A stretch of 48,300 nt of DNA from positions 1 through 48,300 of the forward strand of contig MFJF01000001.1 in assembly GCA_001779115.1 (NCBI GenBank), given 5' to 3'. The stretch's first letter is position 1, and each line of letters opens with the position of its first letter. The position numbers and the translations under genes are program-made. Positions 1-9,391 of this stretch are shown one piece after another. The notes under the pieces were generated by a model. The model was given only the letters and a program-made list of their open reading frames with translations, was not told the origin of the DNA and did no database searches. Source of the stretch: Candidatus Gottesmanbacteria bacterium RIFCSPHIGHO2_01_FULL_40_15. Its GTDB lineage: Bacteria > Patescibacteriota > Microgenomatia > 2-02-FULL-39-11.

Positions 1-213
1 CTAATCCCCGTAAAAGTCTGCGCCGTAAACGGACTTTTAACATGCCCCAACTGTCCCCAGGAAAAAACGGAATATTTCACCGCGGACAAAGTCCCGACTA
101 AAACATGTTTCTTCAGGCCGCCCCATGAATGTGAGGAAGCTAAAAAACTGTCGGAGGGAAAATCAGACGAAGAAAAAAAGCAACTCCTTGCCAACTGTCC
201 CTTGACCAACTGA
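1..213 (+). CDS. 3' end (partial) of a probable class A penicillin-binding protein (PBP1A family), Cys-rich C-terminal tail
   Basis: Frame 1 is open from base 1 to TGA at 211-213: LIPVKVCAVNGLLTCPNCPQEKTEYFTADKVPTKTCFF...CPLTN*. The V-x-C-x-x-x-GLL..CP....EYF....P...C pattern resembles PBP1A C-termini. Not in the ORF track. Confidence 0.55.
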   Translation, partial: LIPVKVCAVNGLLTCPNCPQEKTEYFTADKVPTKTCFFRPPHECEEAKKLSEGKSDEEKKQLLANCPLTN

Positions 214-224
214 ACCTTAGTTAA

Positions 225-233
225 TGATATAAT
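225..233 (+). promoter_or_regulatory. Extended -10 promoter (TGaTATAAT)
   Basis: TG at 225-226, TATAAT at 228-233, 10 nt before ATG 244; no SD sequence. Confidence 0.55.
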
Positions 234-243
234 TTAAGAAAAT

Positions 244-855
244 ATGTCATTACCGTCTCCTGATATTAAAGCCAATACTCCTCCACCTCCTCCCGAAGGT
301 TCAAAAATTACATTCACCGGAGTCGATTTTTCTAATTTTGGCCGCGATCTCAGGAATAATCTTCCTAAAATGGCTAATCCTGAAACTGCTTCGTGGGTTA
401 GTGGACAATTTGATGAAAAATTTCGCCCGATTTTAACGGTGATAATGTCAACTGCTAAAAAAGTATACGGTGAATTTACCGAGTCCGGCATGGCTTCTCA
501 GGACCTTTTATTTAAAGCTATTAAAGTAATTACCGGTATCGGTCCTTCTGAAAAAAAACTACAAAAACTACTGTTGGATAGATATACGGGAATCAACCCT
601 AATCCCGATCCGTTATCACCCGGAGTAACCATAGAATTAGAAGAAAAAACTCTAAATCAAATTGCCGAAATAATCGGCACATTGATAATCCATCACGGTA
701 TAAATGATCGGCCCTTGAAAGAAATCAATCCTTTACGGGGAGAATTGGGAATTAAACGGGGAAAACTGTCTATAACAGATCCTGACCAACTTAAAGCCTT
801 GGATACTATTCTGCTAACTTTAAGAAATAATGAAGTAAATCCCCAAACCCAATGA
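244..855 (+). CDS. Hypothetical protein (203 aa)
   Basis: Long ORF with its own -10 box and a Pro-rich N-terminus; no recognised motif. Confidence 0.75.
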   Translation: MSLPSPDIKANTPPPPPEGSKITFTGVDFSNFGRDLRNNLPKMANPETASWVSGQFDEKFRPILTVIMSTAKKVYGEFTESGMASQDLLFKAIKVITGIGPSEKKLQKLLLDRYTGINPNPDPLSPGVTIELEEKTLNQIAEIIGTLIIHHGINDRPLKEINPLRGELGIKRGKLSITDPDQLKALDTILLTLRNNEVNPQTQ

Positions 856-898
856 ATTTATGTTAATAAATTCAATGCCGGCCTGTCAATACGGTAAA

Positions 899-2167
899 TT
901 ATTTCTCTTTTAAATCTGCAATATATATTATTCCGCTCTTTAATTTTCCGGTTATTCCGTCATAAAAATTATATCCTTCAAATGCCGGAGCTATATTCCC
1001 CTTTGTAAACTGGTATTCTATAACTTTCTTCTCCGGACCGGGATTATATAAACACCTTTTGACTAATTGGTAATCCTCATCGGTTGCCTTATCTGCCGCC
1101 ATTTTTATTAATGCGGCAATCGGTTTGGCCAATGATTGAAGTCTTAATCTTGGATGAAGTACCTGGGGATTTAAAGGATCAACAATCTTTTTGTAGTTTG
1201 GTAAAGAATCCGTCGTATAAATATAATCTAATATTCTCTCATCCAGGGCATGCAGTAATATTTCAGGAGAAGAAAAAACCGGATGTGTTGCGCAAAAAAC
1301 AACTTCTCTTGCACCGGCCGCTTTTACTGCCGAAGTGTCTTCAATAGCCGTCCGGCCGGTATCCATCATATCATCGAAAAAAATCACTCTTATTCCCTTT
1401 AAAAAATCATAATTCTTTTTCTCAACCGATCCGTCCTTTTTAATTAGGTAAACTCCTTCTATCTCAACCCTGTTAGGTTCAGGCCTTGTTTTCTTAATAA
1501 AGATTAATTCTTTTCCCAACACTTGAGCCATTTGTCTTGCTTTGGTAATGCTCCCGAAATCCGGTGCTGCAACAAATGTTTCATCATCAATTAGGCCGTC
1601 TTCCTGGAGTCTATCGGTAAATAGTGGCATTGCCGTTATAGAAATCACTTCCGGAATATTTTTTCTGCCGTTTACATTTTTCAGTTTGTTCAGTGTGATT
1701 ACATCATGAACATCCCAAACAGCATATACTGATATTTTTTTATAAGAATGTGTCCTGACATCTCTGATATATTGTTCTAATGCCGTAACACCGCCGAAAT
1801 GTTTTTTCGGATTGCTGTCCCTTCCTTCAAACATTGTAAATATTGTAATTATCTCTCCTTTAAGTCCGGTTTTGGGACTGGCAACTGTTTCCAAAACATT
1901 CCATGCATCTGCATAATACCTTCCCAATGATGGAGTCACAGCTTCAACAATAACTCCTCCAAATGAACGGTTATCAGGATGAATTCCGGCAAGCAGAGTA
2001 CTGTCAGCCAGTCTTTTTTGAAATTCATCGGCAACCAGAGGAATTGTTAAAACGTTATTTCCAAGTTCCTTTCGAATTCCTTTTATAAGTTCAGGATTCG
2101 ACGGTGCCTGCCGTTCTAAATCTAAATGGAAAAAGGCAAACTTACCCGTCTCTAAATCATTGGACAT
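899..2167 (-). CDS. prs: Divergent ribose-phosphate pyrophosphokinase (PRPP synthetase)-like protein
   Basis: AAPDFG, IKKTR flexible loop, PRTase motif VIFFDDMMDTGRT, CATHPVFS, YTTDSLP, and DVH (DLH-like). The N-terminal half is strongly diverged. Confidence 0.75.
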   Translation of the reverse strand: MSNDLETGKFAFFHLDLERQAPSNPELIKGIRKELGNNVLTIPLVADEFQKRLADSTLLAGIHPDNRSFGGVIVEAVTPSLGRYYADAWNVLETVASPKTGLKGEIITIFTMFEGRDSNPKKHFGGVTALEQYIRDVRTHSYKKISVYAVWDVHDVITLNKLKNVNGRKNIPEVISITAMPLFTDRLQEDGLIDDETFVAAPDFGSITKARQMAQVLGKELIFIKKTRPEPNRVEIEGVYLIKKDGSVEKKNYDFLKGIRVIFFDDMMDTGRTAIEDTSAVKAAGAREVVFCATHPVFSSPEILLHALDERILDYIYTTDSLPNYKKIVDPLNPQVLHPRLRLQSLAKPIAALIKMAADKATDEDYQLVKRCLYNPGPEKKVIEYQFTKGNIAPAFEGYNFYDGITGKLKSGIIYIADLKEK

Positions 2168-2214
2168 ATATATTTAGCGAAGGCAGGAGTGATCTTGAGG
2201 AGGATGGACTTAGT

Positions 2215-3204
2215 TTAAATTCCGACCCGTTCCCTGTCAACTGTTTCCGCAACAGTTCTTCCAGAATAAATAATTTCCTGAATTTCATCTTGGTTCTCAA
2301 AAGGCACCAATCCCATTGCTTTTAATGCCAGTAAAGTCATGTCAGGAATTTCATCGTGTAATTTCTGAGTATAGTGGATATGCGTTTGATCTCCATTATC
2401 GGATTCCAAAGGCGATTTTGAACTTTCCACTTTTCCGGTTTGCATATCAACAGCTTTAGTCATGGTTTTTTCCGAAACTTCATCAGGCTTTAATAATTTA
2501 CTGATTCGGCTTCCGACACTTCTAATTAGCCTATGTATCATTTTTTGGCGGTCGTTATTTTCAGGAACAGGTTTCCCTGTAATAAAATCAACTTCTTCTT
2601 CCGGTCCTAATCCGTTTGTATGTCGATTTATTCCGGCCTGATTTGAATCAATGTAAGCTGTTTCCTTGGCTTTTTCGATTTTTTCTGCCTCATCTGGTAC
2701 TGGTAATTTTTTCAAAACCGGATTAAGCCTTTTAGAAAGGCCTTTTTTAAAATTAACTCTGTCTTCTTCCGGTAATACAATTGGAACCGGTTCTTCATTG
2801 CTGTTACCGTTTACGAATATCCGAAAATTAGTCAGATTAACGGTTTCTCTTAAAAGAATCACTCCATCAGCGTGGCTTAAAAATCCGATCAAATCCTGCA
2901 GATTTTTCAATTCTCCCGATTTGTCCCGTTCACTGAAAAAATTCCTTAATTGATTTCTTTTTTCATCCATCGGCTTGATATCATTTTTATCTTCTTCGGA
3001 CGGTGCAAATGCAACTGAATCGAAAAGCCATCTTCTTGCCTTATAAAGCGGCAAAACAATTTTTGGGCTTTCCCCTGTTACGGATATTGGTGTTTCCATT
3101 ACATCCATAGGTCTTACAATTTCAATTATTCCATACAATCCCGTCGGTGGTAAAGCGGATCTCTCCGTCAGTGTCTGTCCTGTATATCTTAATTTTTCGC
3201 TCAT
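2215..3204 (-). CDS. Hypothetical protein (329 aa; start uncertain)
   Basis: Long hydrophilic ORF; as called it overlaps the upstream gene by 83 bp. Confidence 0.7.
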   Translation of the reverse strand: MSEKLRYTGQTLTERSALPPTGLYGIIEIVRPMDVMETPISVTGESPKIVLPLYKARRWLFDSVAFAPSEEDKNDIKPMDEKRNQLRNFFSERDKSGELKNLQDLIGFLSHADGVILLRETVNLTNFRIFVNGNSNEEPVPIVLPEEDRVNFKKGLSKRLNPVLKKLPVPDEAEKIEKAKETAYIDSNQAGINRHTNGLGPEEEVDFITGKPVPENNDRQKMIHRLIRSVGSRISKLLKPDEVSEKTMTKAVDMQTGKVESSKSPLESDNGDQTHIHYTQKLHDEIPDMTLLALKAMGLVPFENQDEIQEIIYSGRTVAETVDRERVGI

Positions 3205-4054
3205 CTAAAGTAAGAAGGGCTTCTTTGGTCGGGTGTCCCCAGGGATTTTTCCCGACGGAAATAACCGCCGCCTCCGGTTTAATTTTATCCAAAAACTCGG
3301 TCATTATGCCAGTCTTTGATCCGTGGTGGGGAAATTTAAGCACCTCAACATCGGGAAGTCTGCCTGCTTGAAGCAATAACGGTTGCACCTTAATATCACC
3401 GTCTCCGGTAAAAAGAGCGTCAAATTCCCGGTATTTCAGATGAAGAATATAAGAAAAATCATTTAGATTTATCTTCGTTGACAGTCCCAAAACGTGGCTT
3501 CCCGGTTGATTAATATTTGCTGCCATAATTTGGCCTCCTGCCTCTGTATCAAGGCTTTGGGCTGCCCAGTTTCTGTCAGGCCATAAAACGTTAAACCGCA
3601 CCTCATCCAGGGAAAAATAATCTCCCCGGTACAAATTTTTATACGGTATTTCATTACCGGCAATAAGCTCCACCAATTTTTTATAACCCTCCGACTGGTT
3701 TCCGACGGCTCCTATAACAAAATATTTCACACTATAACGTTCCAGTACAGATATTAAGCCCTGCAGATGGTCTTTTTCCGGATGGGTAAGAACAACTATA
3801 TCTATCGTCCTGTCATAAAAGGGCATATTACTGCCAAGACAAGACAAAACTTTATCATTGGGTCCGCCGTCAATCAGAAGATCGCTGCCGCCGGGAGTTT
3901 TAATATATACCGCGTCTCCCTGGCCCACATCACAAAAAATAAGATGCAGTTTCCCGTCCGGCTGGCTGAAAATATATGTAAATAAAAGAACCAATCCGAA
4001 AAGTAATCCTGATAGGAAATATTTTTTGGAAAATTTCATATAACTAGAATTCAA
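3122..4054 (-). CDS. ComEC/Rec2-type metallo-beta-lactamase (nuclease) domain protein with N-terminal TM anchor
   Basis: CDVGQGDA, LIDGG, LTHPEKDHLQG, FTGD, KFPHHGS, ISVGKNPWGHP, YRTD. True start may be ATG 4039 (MKFSKK). Confidence 0.9.
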   Translation of the reverse strand: MNSSYMKFSKKYFLSGLLFGLVLLFTYIFSQPDGKLHLIFCDVGQGDAVYIKTPGGSDLLIDGGPNDKVLSCLGSNMPFYDRTIDIVVLTHPEKDHLQGLISVLERYSVKYFVIGAVGNQSEGYKKLVELIAGNEIPYKNLYRGDYFSLDEVRFNVLWPDRNWAAQSLDTEAGGQIMAANINQPGSHVLGLSTKINLNDFSYILHLKYREFDALFTGDGDIKVQPLLLQAGRLPDVEVLKFPHHGSKTGIMTEFLDKIKPEAAVISVGKNPWGHPTKEALLTLDERKIKIYRTDTDGEIRFTTDGIVWNN

Positions 4055-4847
4055 CTGACGCCATGGGAAATTTAGCCAGAAATTTAACTACCGTCAAAAG
4101 ATACGTTAAAGGTACCCATGTCATCCATCCGGCAATTTTACCCACAGGCAAAAAAATCCAGCCGGTAATTGCAGTTATAAATCCAAGTACCATAATCGGT
4201 TGGATTGTCCATTCAATCAGAAGATTGGCAATTGGTGATATTAAGGATAACCTCCGGAAATTAAATAAAATAACCGGCAAAGTAAAAATTTGGGCCCAAA
4301 GCGTCAGTCTTAAATTTTCATATATTGGCCATAGAAAGCTTCCCCATGCTTCTTTCCGGTATTGGCCGGTACCTTTCTTATTTGCCGTAATCAGTCCCAA
4401 AGTTGCCAAAAATGACAGTTGAAAAGAAAGATTTTTAATTAAGCTCAGATCCATTAAAAGCATTAATATGGAGGTCAAAATTAAAGATAGCAGAGCGAAA
4501 TATCGTCTGCCAAAATAAACTGCAACAAGTGACATACTGCCCATTATGGCGGCCCGGACTATTGTCGGACCGGGACCGACAAACCGGACAAATAATCCTA
4601 TAAGACAAATTGTCAAAAGACTGGAAAATTTCCGGCCAAAAATTAAGGTGACCTTGGCCGTCAGATTAGTCAGAATAGTGATATTCATCCCCGACAGGGC
4701 AATTATATGAAGCGTACCCGTATCAACTAAGGCCCGGTAAAAAGAGCCGGAAATGTTTGATCTTATTCCGAATAATATCCCGTTGAGAAGTCCCGCTTGA
4801 GGTTCGGGCAGAAGTGAATTTATTACCTGGGAAAAAGGATTAAACAC
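4044..4847 (-). CDS. comEC: ComEC competence (channel) domain, standalone
   Basis: GLLNGILFG, TGTLHIIALSGMNI, RAAIMG, SFQLSFLATLGLI, AQIFTLP, SPIANL. Lacks the N-terminal OB/DUF4131 region; the MBL domain is on the next gene. Confidence 0.9.
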   Translation of the reverse strand: MFNPFSQVINSLLPEPQAGLLNGILFGIRSNISGSFYRALVDTGTLHIIALSGMNITILTNLTAKVTLIFGRKFSSLLTICLIGLFVRFVGPGPTIVRAAIMGSMSLVAVYFGRRYFALLSLILTSILMLLMDLSLIKNLSFQLSFLATLGLITANKKGTGQYRKEAWGSFLWPIYENLRLTLWAQIFTLPVILFNFRRLSLISPIANLLIEWTIQPIMVLGFITAITGWIFLPVGKIAGWMTWVPLTYLLTVVKFLAKFPMASVEF

Positions 4848-5607
4848 TTAAAATTCTGGATAAAAATTGAAGTCTTCTCTTCTTGGATAACCGGGAAAAT
4901 ACCATAAATTGCCGGGCTATAAATGTTCCGATTATTCCCGTAAATACCATTGAAACAAGGATATTCAAGGGATAATAAGCCAGTTTTAAATTATCACTTC
5001 TGTAAATTCCCGTTAAAACCAGAAGCATGGCCAGTGTAATTAAAAAAAGTGGTTTATTGTATCCCCCGAACCAGGTATTGGTATAAAAAATCATTTTTGT
5101 TGCTGAAAATCCTCCCAAAGTTCCCGCCATTATAATAAATAATATTGAAAATTGTGTTAATTTATCTGTCATCGGGTAATTTATCTCCAAAAGCGCCAGG
5201 GTAAAAAGTACCATGTAAACACAGACAAATGTAATGTAATGGCTTAATTTTCCGTGGAAAATCTCATTAATATAATAAATTTTGGATTGGGTATTCCTTC
5301 TAATGTATCGTGAAAGAACTTTCCCGACAAAATGAACGCTCATTCCCACAAAAGCATATATTAAAAAAAGTGCGCCTACCCCCAATAACTGGACATCCTC
5401 AAAATCAAGAATATTTATTCTTGGCCTGATCATGATATTTTTAACAATCATTGTCAGGCCGAAATAAAAAATAATCGGAAATACAAATATGTTCAGCCAG
5501 TCAACCACGGGAATATTTTTAATGACTCTTTGCTCAAGCTTTGGCCGCCGGTAAGAAACTACGGCAATAAATGAAACTAGGGAAATCAGAAGAATGCCGG
5601 TTAGCAT
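4840..5607 (-). CDS. Polytopic membrane protein of unknown function (~7 TM)
   Basis: Hydrophobic helices; lies between comEA and comEC and overlaps comEC by 8 bp. Confidence 0.8.
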   Translation of the reverse strand: MLTGILLISLVSFIAVVSYRRPKLEQRVIKNIPVVDWLNIFVFPIIFYFGLTMIVKNIMIRPRINILDFEDVQLLGVGALFLIYAFVGMSVHFVGKVLSRYIRRNTQSKIYYINEIFHGKLSHYITFVCVYMVLFTLALLEINYPMTDKLTQFSILFIIMAGTLGGFSATKMIFYTNTWFGGYNKPLFLITLAMLLVLTGIYRSDNLKLAYYPLNILVSMVFTGIIGTFIARQFMVFSRLSKKRRLQFLSRILSV

Positions 5608-5616
5608 TTACCAAAT

Positions 5617-5644
5617 ATTGTAAATTGTTAATTTATATTGTCAA
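5617..5644 (-). promoter_or_regulatory. Sigma70-like promoter TTGACA-N16-TACAAT
   Basis: Minus strand: TTGACA at 5644-5639 and TACAAT at 5622-5617, 9 nt before ATG 5607. Confidence 0.55.
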
Positions 5645-6289
5645 CTTGTCCTTAATTTTATTATAAAGGCTTTCTCCGATAACTTTTTTTGACTTGAGCT
5701 CTTCAATGGACTGGTATGGCCTTCCGTTAATAATTTTTTCCGCGTAAACCGGTCCTATCCCCGGCAAGCTTTCAAGCTCGGATTGGGTAGCGCTGTTAAT
5801 ATTAATTAAGTCTGCCGTTTGTCCGCTTGCCGCAATACTGTATATTGATTGATTTTCTCCCCCGGCTGCATTACCGGCAACGGAATCCTTGGTATCACCG
5901 GTTTTTGGAATAAATATTTTACCCCCGTCAATTAGTTTTGCCGCTTTATTCAAATTCTTCTCCATCCAGCCAAGATCAGCTTCCTCGGTCAATCCCCCGG
6001 CTTTCTCAATTGCATCCCAAATTCTCTCACCTTCGTTAAACTCATATACGCCTGGCCTTAAAACACTTCCTTCAATATCAGCTTTAATCGCAAATCCTGC
6101 AGATACGCTCGCGTCAGTTGAAAACAATACATTACCCGTCTCTGTTGAAGGTTTAATAAGTAACGCCAAAGATATTCCGGTTAAAAAGAAACCGGAAATA
6201 GAAAGAACTAGGGGAATTTTATAAAATGACAGGAAGTTTTGAAGCTTCTCCGTGTTAATGAAGGGACTTTCATCTTCTTTGGCAGGCAT
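5633..6289 (-). CDS. comEA: ComEA DNA-binding/uptake protein (TM + SLBB + helix-hairpin-helix)
   Basis: DIEGSVLRPGVY...RIWDAIEKAGG...NKAAKLIDGGKIFIP (SLBB) and ININSATQSELESLPGIGPVYAEKII (HhH). Confidence 0.93.
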   Translation of the reverse strand: MPAKEDESPFINTEKLQNFLSFYKIPLVLSISGFFLTGISLALLIKPSTETGNVLFSTDASVSAGFAIKADIEGSVLRPGVYEFNEGERIWDAIEKAGGLTEEADLGWMEKNLNKAAKLIDGGKIFIPKTGDTKDSVAGNAAGGENQSIYSIAASGQTADLININSATQSELESLPGIGPVYAEKIINGRPYQSIEELKSKKVIGESLYNKIKDKLTI

Positions 6290-6453
6290 ATTTCCTCTTT
6301 CCGTTTACAGACTAGCATAGCCGGTATCACTTTGTCTAATCAACTTAACATCTTAACTACAAATATGATTATCTATTAAGTAATATATAAATAGATAACC
6401 TTTTAGGTTAATTTACTTGAGGATATTTTCAGAAGAAACTTCTCTCACCCGGA

Positions 6454-7239
6454 CTAATCGGTAACAACAACAACACATGCTCCGTTCCGGCATTCATACC
6501 CGGCAGCACATTGGTAAATTCTGACATCTGGTTCGTATACTATCCGGTTTCCTGTCATTTCAAAAGAATCTTCTGGCTGTTTCGGATTGCAGTAATTCTC
6601 CTCAACCTGGTTTAACCCCTCAATGCACTTGTCAAATAAAGTTATTAACCCTTCCCCGGTCGGATTGGAATAGGTAATGCTGCCTCTTTTAAAATAATTC
6701 AATCCGTCACTGTCCAGACAACCATTGGGTAATATACATTCGTCATTCATAAAAGATCCGGGACAAAGTGTTGTCATAGTCAAGCTGGCAGGAGATCTGT
6801 AAGGTGTCGGTGTCGGTCTCATTGCGTAACTGGGAATTGAATAGCTGATGCAATCATAACCTTTCCGGTGGGATGTGCTCGAACTGGAATTACTATATAT
6901 AACGCCTCTTTCAGGTCCCGACTTTTCGGTATCCGCGGAAAACTCCGTGCATAATTTATATTGCGTTGAACTGATGACTGCAAAGTCGTATTCCTTTCCG
7001 CTTTTGGGATCGGATAATTTAATATTTGACGGCAAAATTCTTAAATTAACAGGTAAAACTTTCTTATCCCTGTAATAATTTTCAATTGCGTATTTGATCG
7101 TATTGAAATCGTTTAATCTCTGTTGGTCAAGCTTTATCAGTTTTTCACTGAAAGGACTGCCTGTCAGGGACAAACCCCCGATTATAAATACGGCCGTCAG
7201 AACGCCCAAAGCGGCAATAAAAATATAGTATTTACGCAT
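6454..7239 (-). CDS. Membrane-anchored pilin-like protein with a Cys-rich C-terminal domain
   Basis: N-terminal TM; DQQRLNDF..I..AIENYY...LP...DPKSGKEYDF...YKLCTEF (pseudopilin-like globular domain); PTPTP linker; Cys-rich tail. Start placed at ATG 7239, which overlaps the upstream stop. Confidence 0.7.
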   Translation of the reverse strand: MRKYYIFIAALGVLTAVFIIGGLSLTGSPFSEKLIKLDQQRLNDFNTIKYAIENYYRDKKVLPVNLRILPSNIKLSDPKSGKEYDFAVISSTQYKLCTEFSADTEKSGPERGVIYSNSSSSTSHRKGYDCISYSIPSYAMRPTPTPYRSPASLTMTTLCPGSFMNDECILPNGCLDSDGLNYFKRGSITYSNPTGEGLITLFDKCIEGLNQVEENYCNPKQPEDSFEMTGNRIVYEPDVRIYQCAAGYECRNGACVVVVTD

Positions 7240-7732
7240 AAGCTTTCCGTTCTTCTTTAATTTCATTTAAAAGATAAGCAAAAATAATTGAGGCTACTCC
7301 CACCGTTGCCGCGAAATGAAGAAGAAAATTTAATGTGACGTTCCCGCTTAAAAAATTATAAATTATCGATGTAATATTGATAAGAACAATGATAAAAGCC
7401 ACAATCATCGTAAAATAAATAAGCCTTTTCCTTGAAGCTAAATGCCTAACATCCGGATTTTTCTGGGCTCTTTTTTTCACTCTTAAGAAAAAAAAGGAAA
7501 ATAAGGGATAGGACACAATAAGTGATGCCAGATATCCTCTCACCAGATATTTGGAAACATATCTTAAAGCGTTTGTATTTTCAGCTGCCGGGGAAATTCC
7601 GTCAATAAACTGGTGGAGCATTAATGTAAAGGCAATTGCAAAAACATAAAGGCTGATAAAAAGAAGGATATGCTCAAAAGTATCCCAAAGACTCTCTTTT
7701 ACCGGCAGGTTGACGACTTTATCTTCAGCCAC
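7232..7732 (-). CDS. DUF5671-like 4-TM membrane protein
   Basis: F.HILLFISLY...LASLIVSYPLF...SRKRLIYFT pattern typical of this CPR-rich family. Confidence 0.65.
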   Translation of the reverse strand: MAEDKVVNLPVKESLWDTFEHILLFISLYVFAIAFTLMLHQFIDGISPAAENTNALRYVSKYLVRGYLASLIVSYPLFSFFFLRVKKRAQKNPDVRHLASRKRLIYFTMIVAFIIVLINITSIIYNFLSGNVTLNFLLHFAATVGVASIIFAYLLNEIKEERKAYA

Positions 7733-7738
7733 AACTCT

Positions 7739-7768
7739 ATCATAAGATGAAAATCAAACCCGTGTCAA
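7739..7768 (-). promoter_or_regulatory. Sigma70-like promoter TTGACA-N18-TATGAT
   Basis: Minus strand: TTGACA at 7768-7763 and TATGAT at 7744-7739, 6 nt before GTG 7732. Confidence 0.6.
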
Positions 7769-7790
7769 ATAAATATTACATGAGGGGAAA

Positions 7791-9389
7791 TTATACCTGG
7801 GCAATTTCATCAGTCAGTCTTACGGCTTTCACATCAGGATTAACCAGTTCCAACATAATCGAAAACGGATCATCAGGAATAAAATTTGTATCCGGTAGTG
7901 GTTCAGTTAACAGCAGAAAATTAGTTCCGTGGTCCATCGCGTCAAATGCAGCCACCTGTATTCCCGATCCAACCGGAGTTGTTCTGATTAATCTTCTGGC
8001 GGCATCTGTAGATGTGGCAAACATTATATCCTTTCCGCAACCGACCGGATAAGGATATTCATCTAAATTAAAAACGATATAGCGGAATAATTCCGCCACT
8101 TTTATACCCCTGACCGCTTCATAATTACGTATTTCATCCAAACCCTGATGCAAATGTACAAATCCCCTGATTCTTGGAAGATTAATATTTCCTCCGGGAT
8201 CAATTTTAAAACCTGATCCGTTATCATGCCGGCTCACTCTTACGGCCCCGGAATATAATATTGCTGCTGACATCTCATCAAATTCAATCGAAGGGCCGAC
8301 AATTCTGTCTCCTTCAATACCTAATGAGTATCTCCGGAAGGAATCTAAATTTAAAGGATCATCTTCCTTAGGTGAATAATCGGCATTTGGCACAATCGCT
8401 ACCGGAATAGTATCTTCTCTTTGTAAATTTGTCTTATCAATATTAAAACGACCGGATTTGGAAGAAACTATGACTCCGTCAAACACCCCCATCCGGTATG
8501 CCGGAGGTGGTGTAATATTATATGCGTGAGCGGCAATAGCGCTTTCTGATTGACGGCTCCATCCCATAATTCTTTCAATAAAATTGGCTCTCTCGTCAGT
8601 GGCTATGTCTCTGATAACAAAAGGTTTATCAATATAACCCCAACCGGCCAGAGTCCGTGAAGCGTTGGCAATGTGTTCGGCAATTCCATAGACTTCCCAA
8701 TCAGATCTGGTGACGGCGTTTTCCACTTTATCAAATCTGCCTGATTCCCTGGCACAGGCATGAGTCACCAGTCTGTCTCTTAGTCGATCAATCGCTCCTT
8801 CCCTTCTGGCATTTTCAATTGCCAAACCGCCTTCCATTGTCCCTAAAGCGTAATAATCAGCATTTCCATCATTTCCGCTCTTAATTATCAGTATTTTCAG
8901 AGCGCCTAATCTGGCCATTAACATTCTGGTAATCTTCTCTGACTCTCTCTTAGGCAAGTTTCGTATATCCTCATCAATAGTCACTGCCAGAGTATAGTTT
9001 TTGGCAAATGCATCAACGTCATATTTTTTACCTGCCTGTATGATTAATGGAGTTATCTCTTTCACCCTTTCGAATAAACTTCCTTTCCCTTTTGGAATAT
9101 CATGAAAACCGATTATTAAATCCGTATTTTTATCAGGTAATTGCGGTAATTTATGCCCTTGTGTTGTAATGGAATGAGTCAGAGATTGCTTGAGTTCCTT
9201 CTGCAATGAATCGGTTGGCTGTCCGGTTTTTAAATCAAAATCAATCTGAACAGCCCGGTACCACCAGCATTTTTCAATCTTTCTGGGATGGGAAGCTACA
9301 GTTTCAGTGAATACTCTTACAGGTCTCAGAATATCTGTTGGTGATGAAGTAAAACCCCGGTCGGCATTATAAAATGCTTCAATACGCAT
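7791..9389 (-). CDS. Hypothetical protein with a probable C-terminal class II aldolase/adducin-like metal-binding fold
   Basis: VSSKSG (T-x-SG-like), GPSIE (PSSE-like), GFVHLH, YPVGCG, MDHGT. Starts 2 bp after the leuS stop. Confidence 0.55.
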   Translation of the reverse strand: MRIEAFYNADRGFTSSPTDILRPVRVFTETVASHPRKIEKCWWYRAVQIDFDLKTGQPTDSLQKELKQSLTHSITTQGHKLPQLPDKNTDLIIGFHDIPKGKGSLFERVKEITPLIIQAGKKYDVDAFAKNYTLAVTIDEDIRNLPKRESEKITRMLMARLGALKILIIKSGNDGNADYYALGTMEGGLAIENARREGAIDRLRDRLVTHACARESGRFDKVENAVTRSDWEVYGIAEHIANASRTLAGWGYIDKPFVIRDIATDERANFIERIMGWSRQSESAIAAHAYNITPPPAYRMGVFDGVIVSSKSGRFNIDKTNLQREDTIPVAIVPNADYSPKEDDPLNLDSFRRYSLGIEGDRIVGPSIEFDEMSAAILYSGAVRVSRHDNGSGFKIDPGGNINLPRIRGFVHLHQGLDEIRNYEAVRGIKVAELFRYIVFNLDEYPYPVGCGKDIMFATSTDAARRLIRTTPVGSGIQVAAFDAMDHGTNFLLLTEPLPDTNFIPDDPFSIMLELVNPDVKAVRLTDEIAQV

Positions 9390-9391
9390 CT

